DNA of 64,000 nucleotides from NCBI GenBank assembly GCA_963842945.1, contig CAWJIM010000006.1, positions 87,280 to 151,279 on the forward strand, in the 5' to 3' direction. A program made the translations under genes and the position numbers. Shown piece by piece: positions 1 to 9,716 of the stretch (within the stretch, counting starts at the first letter, position 1; each line of letters opens with the position of its first letter). The notes beneath the pieces are model-generated. The model did not search any database. It saw nothing but the letters and a program-made list of their open reading frames with translations, and was not told where the DNA came from. The DNA is from an uncultured Gemmatimonadales bacterium (GTDB lineage: Bacteria > Gemmatimonadota > Gemmatimonadetes > Gemmatimonadales > GWC2-71-9).

Positions 1-755
1 AGGGCACTGACCGGCCCTATGGCGCGGTGGCCGGCGTGCTCCACACGGTGCTGCAACTGATCGAGACCGGGGGGACCCATGTCGGAGTGGCCACCGATCA
101 CATTATTGAATCCTTCCGCAACGACCTGTGGCCTGGGTACAAGACCGGTGCGGGGATCGAGCCCGCCCTGCTCGCGCAATTTCATCCGTTGGAGGAGGCC
201 CTGGCTGCAATGGGCGTGGTGGTGTGGCCTATGGTTGAGCTGGAGGCGGATGACGCGCTCGCGTCAGCCGCGACCATCGCCGCCAGGGACGAATCAGTGG
301 AGAAGGTTTGCATCTGGACTCCCGATAAGGATCTCGGGCAATGCGTCCGGGACGACCGCGTGGTTCAGGTGGATCAAAAGAGTCGCAACATCAGGAACGC
401 GGCCGGGGTTCGCGAGAAGTTCGGAGTGGACCCGGTGTTGATTCCCGATTTCCTCGCCCTGGTGGGCGATGCCGCCGACGGCTATCCCGGCATTCCGGGC
501 ATTGGGAAAAACACGGCGGCCCGCCTGCTCAATCAGTACGGTCCCATCGAGGCCTTTCCCGCAACTGTTCTGGGAGAAAGGCTGGAGCTGGCCCTGCTCT
601 TCAAGCGCCTGGCCACCCTGGTCGTGGACGCCCCGCTCTTCTCCAGCGTGGACGAGCTTCGCTGGCGGGGTCCGACTCCCGACTTTGCGGCGATGACCGA
701 GCGGTTCAAGGAGGGTCGGCTGCTGGAGCGATCACTCAAGGCCCAGGTCGCGTAG
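1..755 (+). CDS. 5'-3' exonuclease (PolI-type FEN/H3TH family). It is 5'-truncated by the window edge.
   Basis: The frame is open back to base 3. Motifs DKDLGQCV and GYPGIPGIGKNTAARLL (H3TH) are present. The first residues align to about residue 40 of family members, so the start lies upstream of the window. Confidence 0.8.
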   Translation, partial: GTDRPYGAVAGVLHTVLQLIETGGTHVGVATDHIIESFRNDLWPGYKTGAGIEPALLAQFHPLEEALAAMGVVVWPMVELEADDALASAATIAARDESVEKVCIWTPDKDLGQCVRDDRVVQVDQKSRNIRNAAGVREKFGVDPVLIPDFLALVGDAADGYPGIPGIGKNTAARLLNQYGPIEAFPATVLGERLELALLFKRLATLVVDAPLFSSVDELRWRGPTPDFAAMTERFKEGRLLERSLKAQVA

Positions 756-850
756 CTACCGTGTCGATTCCAGGAATCCTCGTTCGACGGGTTACAGGAG
801 GGGGAAGCGGGGATGCGGGGGAACGGCAACCACATCGAGAGGGTAAGACA

Positions 851-1267
851 ATGCGTTTCATGGTGATCGTTAAAGCCGACAAGAGCAGCGAGGCCGGGGT
901 ACTGCCAAGCAAGGAGCTGCTCACCGAGATGGGGAAGTACAACGAAGAGCTGGCCAAGGCGGGCGTTATGCTGGCTGGGGAGGGTCTCCAGCCGAGCTCC
1001 AAGGGTGCGCGGGTCAGATTCTCGGGCAACAAGCGAAACGTCATCGACGGGCCCTTCTCTGAGACCAAGGAGCTGGTCGCCGGGTTCTGGCTCTGGCAGG
1101 TGAGATCGAAAGAGGAAGCAATCGAATGGCTCAAGCGCGCGCCATTCCGCGAGGGAGAAGTCGAGATCCGTCAGGTGTTCGAAGCTGAGGACTTCGGAGC
1201 CGAGTTCACTCCCGAGCTTCGGGAGCAGGAGGAGCGAATCCGGCAACAGGTATCGAGCAAGAAGTAG
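851..1267 (+). CDS. YCII-related (DGPF) domain protein
   Basis: ATG at 851 lies inside the longer ORF 341..1267. Begins MRFMVIVKAD and carries IDGPFSETKELVAGFWLWQV, the DGPFAETKE signature of the YCII family. Confidence 0.85.
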   Translation: MRFMVIVKADKSSEAGVLPSKELLTEMGKYNEELAKAGVMLAGEGLQPSSKGARVRFSGNKRNVIDGPFSETKELVAGFWLWQVRSKEEAIEWLKRAPFREGEVEIRQVFEAEDFGAEFTPELREQEERIRQQVSSKK

Positions 1268-1276
1268 CCCCTCGGT

Positions 1277-1305
1277 GCTGCTGGCCTCCTCACGGGGCCA
1301 GCAGC
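1277..1305. terminator. Hairpin between convergent genes, a possible bidirectional terminator
   Basis: GCTGCTGGCC (1277-1286) and GGCCAGCAGC (1296-1305) form a perfect 10-bp stem. There is no U-tract, and the second arm overlaps the 3' end of the minus-strand gene. Confidence 0.3.
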
Positions 1306-2489
1306 GCCATTGCGGCGCGCTTGGTGGCCGTCCAGCCTGCTTCCTCCCCGGCCGGGTCGGCCTCGTTGGTGGTGTTGAGCACAGTGACGATGGCGCTCCG
1401 GGTATCGGGCCGGAGATAAAAGAACGACCGAAAGTTGGCCTGGTCTCCCGTGTGTCCCACCAGTGTGACCTGTCCCCGCTTGAAGAGAAAGAACGAGAGT
1501 CCCACGGAACCGGGTATGTCGTCCTGGGAGCCGGCGGGCACCACCGCGCGCCACATCTCCTCTAGCGAGGCGCGGCGCAGTACCGACTCGTACCGCTTTG
1601 CCAACGCCGTGTCTGCCCGGCCGGCGCCGGTGAGAAAGCTCAAGTAAACGGCTAGATCGGTGAGAGGCGCGTTCCAGCCGCTGTTCGGAATGGTGATCCC
1701 GGGGTCGAAGTCCGGGCTGTTTCCCTGCACCCACACTCGATCCGCGCTGTCCCGCCGAACCGTGTAGTTGTTCGAGCGCCAGCGCGCGAGGTGATACGGC
1801 GTTGTCCCGAAGTAGCTCCAGCCGAGACCCAGTGGCGTCCAGATGTTCTTCTGGATGTAGTTCTGATAGGGATCTCCGGTGAGCTGCTCGATCACTCGAG
1901 CCAGATAGATGAACGCCGGGTTACTGTAGCCGAACCGCGACCCGGGCCGGAAAATGATCTCCTGGTATGGCATCATCGATACCAGCTGCTCCCAGCGGGT
2001 CGGTTCGAACGGCTCCCAAGGCAGGCCTCGCCTGTATGGCCAGGTGGGATCCTGGAACCCGGCGGAGTGGGAGAGGAGCATCCGGATGGTGATCTCATCC
2101 ATCGAGCCGAAGCTGTCGTGCACCTGCCGCAGCTCCGGCACGTAGCGGGTGATCCTGTCGTCCAGAGAGAGCTTGCCCCGGTCGCGCAGCTGCATGATGG
2201 CAATGGCGGTGAGCGTCTTGGTGATCGAGGCCCAGTGGAAGATGGTTCGCTCCTCCACCCGCTGCTTCCGCTCCCGGTCAGCCCAGCCGTACTCGTGGTG
2301 AGCCGTAGTCTTCCCATCATTCAAAAGAAGGGTGCTGGCCCCGACTGCACTGTCGCGCTGAGCGAAGGCATCGAATGCCTTGGTATACGCTGCCCAGCCT
2401 GCCGGATCAGTGACCATGCTCCTCCGCTGGGCTGCGCCCGGCCTGATCGAGAGCACCACCATCAATGGAATCAGCGCTGCGCAGCGCAT
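1290..2489 (-). CDS. Serine hydrolase, beta-lactamase/PBP-like family, secreted
   Basis: SITKTLTAIAIMQL contains the SxxK motif. The internal ATG at 2489 gives a signal-peptide-like N-terminus, MRCAALIPLMVVLSIRPGAAQ. Confidence 0.85.
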   Translation of the reverse strand: MRCAALIPLMVVLSIRPGAAQRRSMVTDPAGWAAYTKAFDAFAQRDSAVGASTLLLNDGKTTAHHEYGWADRERKQRVEERTIFHWASITKTLTAIAIMQLRDRGKLSLDDRITRYVPELRQVHDSFGSMDEITIRMLLSHSAGFQDPTWPYRRGLPWEPFEPTRWEQLVSMMPYQEIIFRPGSRFGYSNPAFIYLARVIEQLTGDPYQNYIQKNIWTPLGLGWSYFGTTPYHLARWRSNNYTVRRDSADRVWVQGNSPDFDPGITIPNSGWNAPLTDLAVYLSFLTGAGRADTALAKRYESVLRRASLEEMWRAVVPAGSQDDIPGSVGLSFFLFKRGQVTLVGHTGDQANFRSFFYLRPDTRSAIVTVLNTTNEADPAGEEAGWTATKRAAMALLAP

Positions 2490-2520
2490 GATTTTCCCCC
2501 TTCTCCTTAAATTGGGACTC

Positions 2521-3807
2521 GTGACCATTGCCGACACCCACCGCACCATAGACGCCGTCTGGCGCATTGAGTCGGCCAAGCTCATTGCCGGGCTGACCCG
2601 CCTGGTCGGAGATGTTGGCCTGGCCGAGGACCTGGCTCAGGATGCGCTGGTTGCCGCACTGGAACGCTGGCCCGAGTCGGGCATCCCTGAGAAGCCTGCG
2701 GCCTGGCTTATGGCCACCGCCAAGCATCGCGCCATTGACCAGCTGCGCCGGGGCAAGATGCTGGACCGAAAGCACGTGCAGGTCGGCCACGAGATGGAGA
2801 TCCGCCAGGAAGCCGCGGCTCCCGATCTCGATGCGGCGCTCGATGACGATATCGGCGATGACCTGCTCCGGCTCATGTTCATGGCGTGTCACCCGGTGCT
2901 GTCCACGGAAGCACGAGTCGCCCTGACCCTGCGACTGGTGGGCGGCCTCACCACCCCGGAAATCGCGCGGGCTTTTCTGAGTGCGGAGCCGACTATCGCG
3001 CAGCGAATCGTTCGCGCCAAACGCACCCTGGCAGACGCTCACATTCCGTTCGAGGTTCCTCGGGGCAGCGAGCTCCAGTCCCGTCTATCATCGGTGCTCG
3101 GCGTCCTATACCTGGTGTTCAATGAAGGCTACTCGGCCACCGCTGGAGACGACTGGATGCGTCCCCAGCTCTGTGAAGAAGCCCTTCGGCTGGGACGGAT
3201 CCTGGCGGAGCTGACGCCGCAGGAGCCAGAGGTCCATGGACTGGTGGCGCTCATGGAGATCCAGGCCTCCCGGCTCCGGGCCCGGACCGGTCCCACCGGT
3301 GAGCCAATCCTCCTGCTGGAACAGGATCGGGCCCGGTGGGATCAGCTGTTGATCCGGCGTGGTCTGGCGGCGCTCGCGCGGGCCGAGGCGTTGGCCGACT
3401 CCCTGGGACCGTACGCGCTGCAGGCTGCGATCGCCGCGTGTCACGCGCGTGCGCGAGTGGCTGAAGAGACCGATTGGGCCCTCATCGCATCATTGTACGA
3501 ACGGCTGGCGCAGCTCACCCCGTCTCCCGTCGTGGAACTGAACCGTGCGGTCGCGGTGGGCATGGCATACGGCCCGGCCGCCGGTCTGGAGCTGGCGGAC
3601 AAGCTGCTGACCGACCCCCTGCTCGAAGAGTATCATCTGCTGCCCGCCGTCCGGGGCGACCTGCTCAGCAAGTTAGGACGGAATGAGGAAGCCCGGGGCG
3701 AGTTCGAGCGCGCGGCCTCGCTGACCAGGAACGCCCGGGAACGCGAGCTCCTGCTGCAGCGAGCCGCGTCCTCCGGGCCGAACCGGGCCACTCACTCCGC
3801 GTCGTGA
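2521..3807 (+). CDS. ECF-type RNA polymerase sigma factor with a long C-terminal extension (the YCII-associated sigma class)
   Basis: Region 2 (DLAQDALVAALERWP, AWLMATAKHRAIDQLRR) and region 4 (TPEIARAFLSAEPTIAQRIVRAKRTL) are present, followed by about 230 aa of helical extension. The GTG start at 2521 is a guess. Confidence 0.8.
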   Translation: MTIADTHRTIDAVWRIESAKLIAGLTRLVGDVGLAEDLAQDALVAALERWPESGIPEKPAAWLMATAKHRAIDQLRRGKMLDRKHVQVGHEMEIRQEAAAPDLDAALDDDIGDDLLRLMFMACHPVLSTEARVALTLRLVGGLTTPEIARAFLSAEPTIAQRIVRAKRTLADAHIPFEVPRGSELQSRLSSVLGVLYLVFNEGYSATAGDDWMRPQLCEEALRLGRILAELTPQEPEVHGLVALMEIQASRLRARTGPTGEPILLLEQDRARWDQLLIRRGLAALARAEALADSLGPYALQAAIAACHARARVAEETDWALIASLYERLAQLTPSPVVELNRAVAVGMAYGPAAGLELADKLLTDPLLEEYHLLPAVRGDLLSKLGRNEEARGEFERAASLTRNARERELLLQRAASSGPNRATHSAS

Positions 3808-4484
3808 AAGATGATGCCCAGTGTGTGCCGCCGTCCGGACCGGATCCGGCTCACGCCGTGGCGCAGGTTGACCCGGTACACTCCGCGGGAGCCCTGCACC
3901 GGCCGCTGCCGCACGGTGAAGACAACTCCATCACCCTGGCTGAGAGGCACCACTTCGGCCCGGGACTGCATCCGGGGGCGCTGCTCCGTCATGACGAACT
4001 CACCCCCGGTAAAGTCCTGATCCGGCCGGGAGAGCAGGATGGCGACTTGCAGCGGGAAGACGTGCTCACCGTAGACATCCTGATGGAGACAGTTGTAGTC
4101 CCCTGCCGTGTAGCGCAGGAGAAGCGGGGTCGCCCGTCGCTGCCCGGCCTGGTGGCAGCGCTCCAGAAACTCGGCGTGGCTGCCAGGGTATCGCACGCCG
4201 ATGCCCATGGCCTCGTTCCACCGATTGGCGATTGGCGCCAGCTGCCGGTAGAGCGAGGTGCGGAGCTCGGCAATGAGCGGGGGTAGCGGATAGTCGAAGT
4301 ATTTGTACTCGCCCCGGCCGAAGCCGTGCCGCGCCATCACAATACGGGACCGAAAGCCCTCCTCCTGATCGTAGAGGGCGGCCAGTTGCCCGCACTCCTC
4401 CGGGGAGATGAGCTGATGCAGCACCGCGTTGCCCTGGATGTCGAGATCCCGCTCCAGCTCCAGCCAGCTGTTTGGCGCTGCCAT
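3792..4484 (-). CDS. 2OG-Fe(II) oxygenase, Oxygenase-NA-like (the family found next to ada/ogt)
   Basis: Starts at MAAPNSWLELE. Contains YNCLHQDVYGEHVFPLQVAILLS and HGVSRIRSGRRHTLGIIFHDAE (HxD...H, RxS). It begins 14 nt downstream of ogt on the same strand. Confidence 0.75.
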   Translation of the reverse strand: MAAPNSWLELERDLDIQGNAVLHQLISPEECGQLAALYDQEEGFRSRIVMARHGFGRGEYKYFDYPLPPLIAELRTSLYRQLAPIANRWNEAMGIGVRYPGSHAEFLERCHQAGQRRATPLLLRYTAGDYNCLHQDVYGEHVFPLQVAILLSRPDQDFTGGEFVMTEQRPRMQSRAEVVPLSQGDGVVFTVRQRPVQGSRGVYRVNLRHGVSRIRSGRRHTLGIIFHDAE

Positions 4485-4498
4485 GACCGCGGGCGCGC

Positions 4499-5026
4499 TC
4501 ACCGCTGGGCCTCCCGTTCCAGCAGGATTCGCTTCCGCTCCAGTCCCCAGCGGTAGCCCGTAAGACCGCCATCCTTTCCGATCACACGATGACAGGGGAC
4601 CACCAACGCCAGCGGATTGGTGGCGCAGGCGCGAGCTACCGCTCTGACCGCGTTGGGCGCTCCGATCCGGCTGGCCACTTCGGTATAGGTGGAGGTGGTG
4701 CCCGCAGGAATTTCCCGTAGCGCCTGCCAGACCCGCTGCTGAAAGGTGGTGCCGCGAAGATCGAGCAGGAGGTCGAGAGGCCGGCCAGGGGCTTCGATCA
4801 ATCCCACTACCTGAGCCAGGTATTGAGCGAGCTCCTGGTCTCGCCGGAGCAGAGTGGTCTGGGGAAATCGTGTTTCCAGCTCCCTGGTAACGGATTCCGC
4901 ATCGTCGCCCAGGAGAACGCCACATACCCCCCGCTCTCCCCGGGCGACCAGGACGGAGCCCAGAGAACAATGGCCGATCGCATAGTGGAGCTCGGCTGGT
5001 TGCCGAGCGATGGCGGGAACGCTCAT
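4499..5026 (-). CDS. ogt: Methylated-DNA--protein-cysteine methyltransferase
   Basis: Active-site motif VVPCHRVIGKDGGLTGY, plus TYTEVASRIGAPNAVRAVARACATNP. ATG at 5026 (MSVPAIA). Confidence 0.9.
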   Translation of the reverse strand: MSVPAIARQPAELHYAIGHCSLGSVLVARGERGVCGVLLGDDAESVTRELETRFPQTTLLRRDQELAQYLAQVVGLIEAPGRPLDLLLDLRGTTFQQRVWQALREIPAGTTSTYTEVASRIGAPNAVRAVARACATNPLALVVPCHRVIGKDGGLTGYRWGLERKRILLEREAQR

Positions 5027-5109
5027 TGATCGTCCTTTCAGGTTCAGGTTCTGCCTGCTGACGATCAGTCTACGGATTCCCGCTCGATCTCGCGCTCCGG
5101 TTCTTGCGA

Positions 5110-5745
5110 TCAAAGTCCCCGGCGCCGCCGGGCAGACTCTGCCCGCATCCGTTGCATCGCGTCGGTTTCCTGGGCCGCGTAGCGCTCTTCCCTCCAGGGA
5201 TCCGCTCTCAAATGGTAGCCGTTCTGCTCCCAGAACCCTGGCGCGTTGTGATCGAGAAACTCGAACCCGCGCACCCATTTGGCACTTTTCCAGAAGTACA
5301 GCCGGGGTACCACCAAACGGCACGGCCCACCGTGCTCCACCGGCAGCGGGATGCCGTCATGCCGGTACGCGAGGAGAGCATCCTCGCTCGCCAGGTCCGT
5401 TAACAGGAGGTTGGTGGTGTAATCCGGATCGGCGTGGACCATCACCGCGCTGGCCTCGGGCAGAAGCTGAGCCCGGCGAAGTATCTCGGGCACCGCCACT
5501 CCCTCCCAGCGATTGTCGAACCGGCTCCAGCGGGTGACGCAGTGCACGTCGGAGGTCACCTGAATCCGGGGAAGCTCGAGGAACTCCTGCCAGGTCCATG
5601 TCACCGGCTCCTGAACCAAACCAAAACAACGGAAGGTCCAATTGGCGAGATCCAGACGCGGCGTCTCGCCATAGGTCAGGACCGGCCATTTCCTGGTGAG
5701 CACCTGCCCGCGGGGCAGACGATCCTGGGGCGCCGCTTCTTTCAC
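5110..5745 (-). CDS. Sulfite-oxidase-like molybdopterin-binding oxidoreductase domain protein
   Basis: VTSDVHCVTRWSRFDNRWEGV and HGGPCRLVVPRLYFWKSAKWVRGFEF are typical of the oxidoreductase molybdopterin-binding family. Confidence 0.8.
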   Translation of the reverse strand: MKEAAPQDRLPRGQVLTRKWPVLTYGETPRLDLANWTFRCFGLVQEPVTWTWQEFLELPRIQVTSDVHCVTRWSRFDNRWEGVAVPEILRRAQLLPEASAVMVHADPDYTTNLLLTDLASEDALLAYRHDGIPLPVEHGGPCRLVVPRLYFWKSAKWVRGFEFLDHNAPGFWEQNGYHLRADPWREERYAAQETDAMQRMRAESARRRRGL

Positions 5746-5849
5746 GTGGAGCTCCGGTTCAGAAACTCTGCCAATCTAGTTGACAACCTTTCGGCGTGGT
5801 GGCGTGTCAAAGACCCCTGCAGCCAAGGAGCCATCAGCCGAGGAGTCGT

Positions 5850-8534
5850 ATGCTCAGCGGAATTTCCATCCCGCTTGCTTATATCATGCTTGCCACCCTG
5901 CAGAACCCCACACCCACCCAGTCCCGCGATTCAGTTCGCGCCGGGAGCGCGCACGCCCACGCCCGGGAGATCCGGGCTGCCCAGCTGGAGGGGAACGTCG
6001 AGGTAGACGGGCATCTGAATGAGCCCGCGTGGGCGCAGGCGGAGCCCGCGTCGGGGTTCATCCAAACCGACCCGATCGAAGGCGACCCCGCCACCGAGAG
6101 GACCGAGGTCCGCGTGTTGATCGGCACCGAGGCACTCTATATCGGTGCTCGGCTCTATGATCGAGGGCCAGGGCGGGTCAAGGCAGTGCTGGCCCGGCGC
6201 GATGACGATGTCGAGTCTGACGAGTTCGACGTGTACCTCGACACCTTCCACGACCATCTCAGCGGGGTCCGGTTTCGGATAACGCCCGGAGGCGCCATCC
6301 TGGACGGCATCCTGGGTTCTTCGGCGCAGGGAAGCGACGAAGACGATTCCTGGGACCCGGTCTGGGAGAGCGCCACTCAGGTCGATTCGCTCGGCTGGAC
6401 CGTGGAGCTCCGCATCCCGCTCTCTCAACTCCGCTACAACTCGACGGCGAACGGCATCTGGGGCATTCAGCTGTACCGCAAGATCCTGCGGAAGGGCGAG
6501 GAAGACTGGTTTTCCTTTGTGCCCAAGAGCGAGTTCGGTGGAGTCAGCCGCTACGCCCATCTGGTGGGCCTGGGAAAGCTGCGGCCGCAGCGGCGGCTGG
6601 AGATGGCGCCGTATCTGCTCGCTCGAGCAGCCTACCAGCCCACGGTAGCGGGCGACCCGTTTCGGAGCGGACACGATTATAACGGCTCGGCCGGGCTCGA
6701 CCTCAAGTACGGTCTCACCAGCGATCTGACTCTCAGCGCTACAGTGAATCCGGATTTCGGCCAGGTCGAGGTTGACCCTGCGGTCGTGAATCTCAGCGCA
6801 TTCGAGACGTTCTATCCGGAGAAGCGACCCTTCTTCGTCGAGGGTGCCGACGTCTTTCGCTTCGGCGGGATTCGGGCCAACAACAGCTTCAACTTTCCGG
6901 AGTCTTTCTTCAGCCGTCGGATCGGCCGCGAGCCGCAACGCAACCTCGAAGGCGATGGGGTGAGCTACCTCGACCGGCCCACCGAGACCTCGATCCGTAC
7001 GGCCGCCAAGCTGACCGGGCGTACCCACTCCGGCTGGTCTCTGGGCGTGCTGGATGCGGTGACTGCCGGAGAGCGGGCGCGCTACGTGGACGACTTGGGG
7101 TCGAGGGTAACGGCTCCGGTCGAGCCGCTGACCAACTATTTCGTGGGGCGGGTCCGCAAGGATCTTCGGGAGGGCAATACCACGCTCGGCGTCATCGGCA
7201 CCGCGGTGAACCGGGATCAGGGCGATGCTCAGCTGATGTCGCTGTTGCGGAGCAGCGCGTACCTGTTCGGCGCCGACTTTACCAACTCCTGGTCCAATCG
7301 CGCCTGGTCGTTCGACGGCGCCATAGGGATCAGCAGGGTTGGCGGCACGCCAGACGCGATTGCTCGAACCCAGCGGTCGAGCGCCCGGTACTACCAGCGC
7401 CCCGATGCCACCAGCTTTCACTACGATTCCACCCGCACCTCGTTGACCGGCTACTCCTATCAGCTGGCCCTGGCCAAGAACAGCGGCCGGCATTGGGAGG
7501 GCGGCCTGGTATATCAGGAGGTCAGCCCCGCTTTCGAGTCGAACGACCTCGGCTTCCAGTCCGATGCCTCACAGCGCGGCATCTCCACCGACCTGGAGTA
7601 CCATGAGCGGCAGCCCGGCAAGGTGTTCCGGAACTATCAGATCTTTCCGTTCACCAACCACCAGTGGAACTTCGACGGCGATCTGATCTTCGGCTCATAC
7701 GGGCTCATTTTTGCGGCCCAGCTCAAGAACTTCTGGGACTTTCAGCTGCGCGGGGACTATGCACCACCGGTCTATGATGACCGGCTGACCCGGGGCGGAC
7801 CGCTCGCTCAGCAGCCCCGCTTCGGCGACGTGCGGGTGACGGTGAACTCGGATACCCGAAGGACCACCAGGTTGTCGGGGAACCTTACCCAGTCGTGGAC
7901 CGCCGCCGACGAGCATCGGACCGAGGCGGACCTGACCCTCAGCATGCGGCCCTCGTCGGCCTTTCACCTGAGCCTGGGGCCGGCCCTCACCTTGAACCGG
8001 ACCAAGGCCCAGTATGTGACCACGGTGGCCGACCCGGCGGCAACCGCGACCTTCGGCTCCCGCTACGTATTTGCCACACTGGATCAGCAAGAACTTTCCA
8101 TGATCGCCCGCCTGGACTGGACCTTCACTCCCACCCTCAGCCTGCAGTTCTTCTTTCAACCCCTGATCTCTGCCGGTGACTTTACCGACCTGAAGGAATT
8201 CAGCAGTCCCCGGAGCTACGACTTCTCGGTGTACGGCCGAGACAAGGGCACCATAGCAACGACCAGCGAGGGAACCGAAATCGATCCGGGCGACGGAGGA
8301 GCTTCGTTCACTGTTCCCCCGCAGGATTTCACCATCCGCTCACTCAGGGCCAACGCGGTTCTGCGCTGGGAGTGGAGTCCCGGGTCGACGCTGTTCCTGG
8401 TATGGCAGCAGAACCGGGCCAACGACGAGTCGTTCGGAAATCTGCGGCTGAGCCGGGATGTGAACGCGCTCTTCGCCGGCGGCGAGTCACTGAACGTGCT
8501 CGCCGTCAAGGCGAGTTACTGGCTGAGCTGGTAA
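5850..8534 (+). CDS. Large secreted or outer-membrane protein, CBM9-like N-terminus plus DUF5916-like beta-rich body
   Basis: An intact 2.7-kb ORF. VDGHLNEPAWAQAEPASGFIQ resembles CBM9/DOMON. The C-terminus ends in an aromatic residue (SYWLSW). The start at 5850 is uncertain. Confidence 0.7.
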   Translation: MLSGISIPLAYIMLATLQNPTPTQSRDSVRAGSAHAHAREIRAAQLEGNVEVDGHLNEPAWAQAEPASGFIQTDPIEGDPATERTEVRVLIGTEALYIGARLYDRGPGRVKAVLARRDDDVESDEFDVYLDTFHDHLSGVRFRITPGGAILDGILGSSAQGSDEDDSWDPVWESATQVDSLGWTVELRIPLSQLRYNSTANGIWGIQLYRKILRKGEEDWFSFVPKSEFGGVSRYAHLVGLGKLRPQRRLEMAPYLLARAAYQPTVAGDPFRSGHDYNGSAGLDLKYGLTSDLTLSATVNPDFGQVEVDPAVVNLSAFETFYPEKRPFFVEGADVFRFGGIRANNSFNFPESFFSRRIGREPQRNLEGDGVSYLDRPTETSIRTAAKLTGRTHSGWSLGVLDAVTAGERARYVDDLGSRVTAPVEPLTNYFVGRVRKDLREGNTTLGVIGTAVNRDQGDAQLMSLLRSSAYLFGADFTNSWSNRAWSFDGAIGISRVGGTPDAIARTQRSSARYYQRPDATSFHYDSTRTSLTGYSYQLALAKNSGRHWEGGLVYQEVSPAFESNDLGFQSDASQRGISTDLEYHERQPGKVFRNYQIFPFTNHQWNFDGDLIFGSYGLIFAAQLKNFWDFQLRGDYAPPVYDDRLTRGGPLAQQPRFGDVRVTVNSDTRRTTRLSGNLTQSWTAADEHRTEADLTLSMRPSSAFHLSLGPALTLNRTKAQYVTTVADPAATATFGSRYVFATLDQQELSMIARLDWTFTPTLSLQFFFQPLISAGDFTDLKEFSSPRSYDFSVYGRDKGTIATTSEGTEIDPGDGGASFTVPPQDFTIRSLRANAVLRWEWSPGSTLFLVWQQNRANDESFGNLRLSRDVNALFAGGESLNVLAVKASYWLSW

Positions 8535-8611
8535 GGGTTAGCGCTTCTTCCCGATCCCAGCTCAGACGCCCCGGGATTACGGCGTGTCCCTGCGGAAGTA
8601 ACTTGAGAGCC

Positions 8612-9716
8612 ATGAGTTCCAAACCCGAAGGCGCCACCGGGGTAGAGCCTCCGATCGAACCGATGCTGGCCAAGCTGGCCGACAGCTTGCCGCCGGAAGG
8701 CAGCTTTCTCTACGAGCCCAAGTGGGATGGCTTCCGCTCGATCGTATTTCGCAGCGAGTCGGAGGTGTACATCCAGAGCCGCGACCTCCGGCCGTTCGAT
8801 CGCTACTTCCCCGAGCTGCACGAAAGCCTGCTGGAAAATGTGCCTTCGGGTTGCGTACTCGACGGAGAGATCGTGATCATGACCCCGCGCGGCCTCGACT
8901 TCGACCTCCTCCAGCTCCGGCTACATCCGGCGGCCTCGCGCGTAGCCAAACTGGCGAAGGAGACGCCGGCCTCGTTTGTGGCCTTCGATCTCCTGGCGCT
9001 GGATGGCAAGAGTCTGATGGATGCTCCCCAGCATGAGCGCAGGCGGCACTTGGAGCGCCTGGCGGCAAAGCTCGGTCCTCCGGTCTACATCACCCCCATG
9101 ACCACCGACCGGAAAAAGGCGCTCCGGTGGCTGGATCAGTTCGAGGGTGCCGGCCTGGATGGGGTCATCGCCAAGCCGGCCGACAGCCGGTACCAGCCGG
9201 GCAAGCGGGCCATGCTGAAGATCAAACACGTGCGCACAGCGGACTGCGTGGTGGCGGGGTTCCGCTGGCACAAGACGGGAAAGGGTGTGGTGGGATCGTT
9301 GCTGCTGGGTCTCTACGATAACCGAGGCGTGCTGCAGCACGTCGGCGTGACCTCATCATTCACCATGGCCATGCGACGGGAACTCGCCGTCGAGCTCGCC
9401 CCCCTCCGCGAAAATGCTTTCGAGAATCACCCCTGGAAGGAGTGGGCCCAGGTAGACGGGAGTGAGACCGACCGCATGCCGGGAGCCCAGAGCCGCTGGA
9501 GCGCCGGGAAAGAATCTCTCCTGGGAGCCGCTCCGGATCGAGCGGGTGGTCGAGGTCAAATACGACCACCTGCAGGGCGACCGCTTCCGCCATGCCACCA
9601 CCTTCCTCCGCTGGCGGCCTGATAAGGACCCGAAAGACTGCCGCTACGATCAGCTCGAGGTCACCCGAGCCTACGATTTGGAGAAGGTCTTCTCGTCGGG
9701 ATCGAGCGGCTCCTGA
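8612..9716 (+). pseudogene. Stand-alone ATP-dependent DNA ligase (LigC-like) with one frame disruption near 9510
   Basis: LYEPKWDGFRSIVF carries the adenylation KxDG motif, with GLDGVIAKPADSRYQPGKRAMLKIK also present. The text SRWSAGK continues in the next frame as NLSWEPLRIERVVEVKYDHLQGDRFRHATTFLRWRPDKDP. Confidence 0.85.

Noticed and set aside
5931-7493. Long antisense ORFs opposite well-supported genes. Examples are 5931-7493(-), 1171-1734(-), 10058-10924(+), 15847-17115(-), 29642-31408(+), 35103-36053(-), 39672-40811(+), 52199-53362(-), 55755-56789(-), 56713-57843(-) and 60808-61794(-).
   Set aside because: These are typical high-GC shadow ORFs. Their translations are Arg/Pro/Gly/Ala-rich with no family motifs, and each lies entirely opposite a gene with strong motif support.
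9500-9520. Programmed +1 ribosomal frameshifting at GGG-AAA-G in the ligase gene and, by extension, recoding at the other frame breaks.
   Set aside because: The 40 or so break sites share no slippery motif, stimulatory stop codon, rare codon or downstream structure. Several genes would need 5-9 consecutive recoding events, so indels (real or artefactual) are far more parsimonious.
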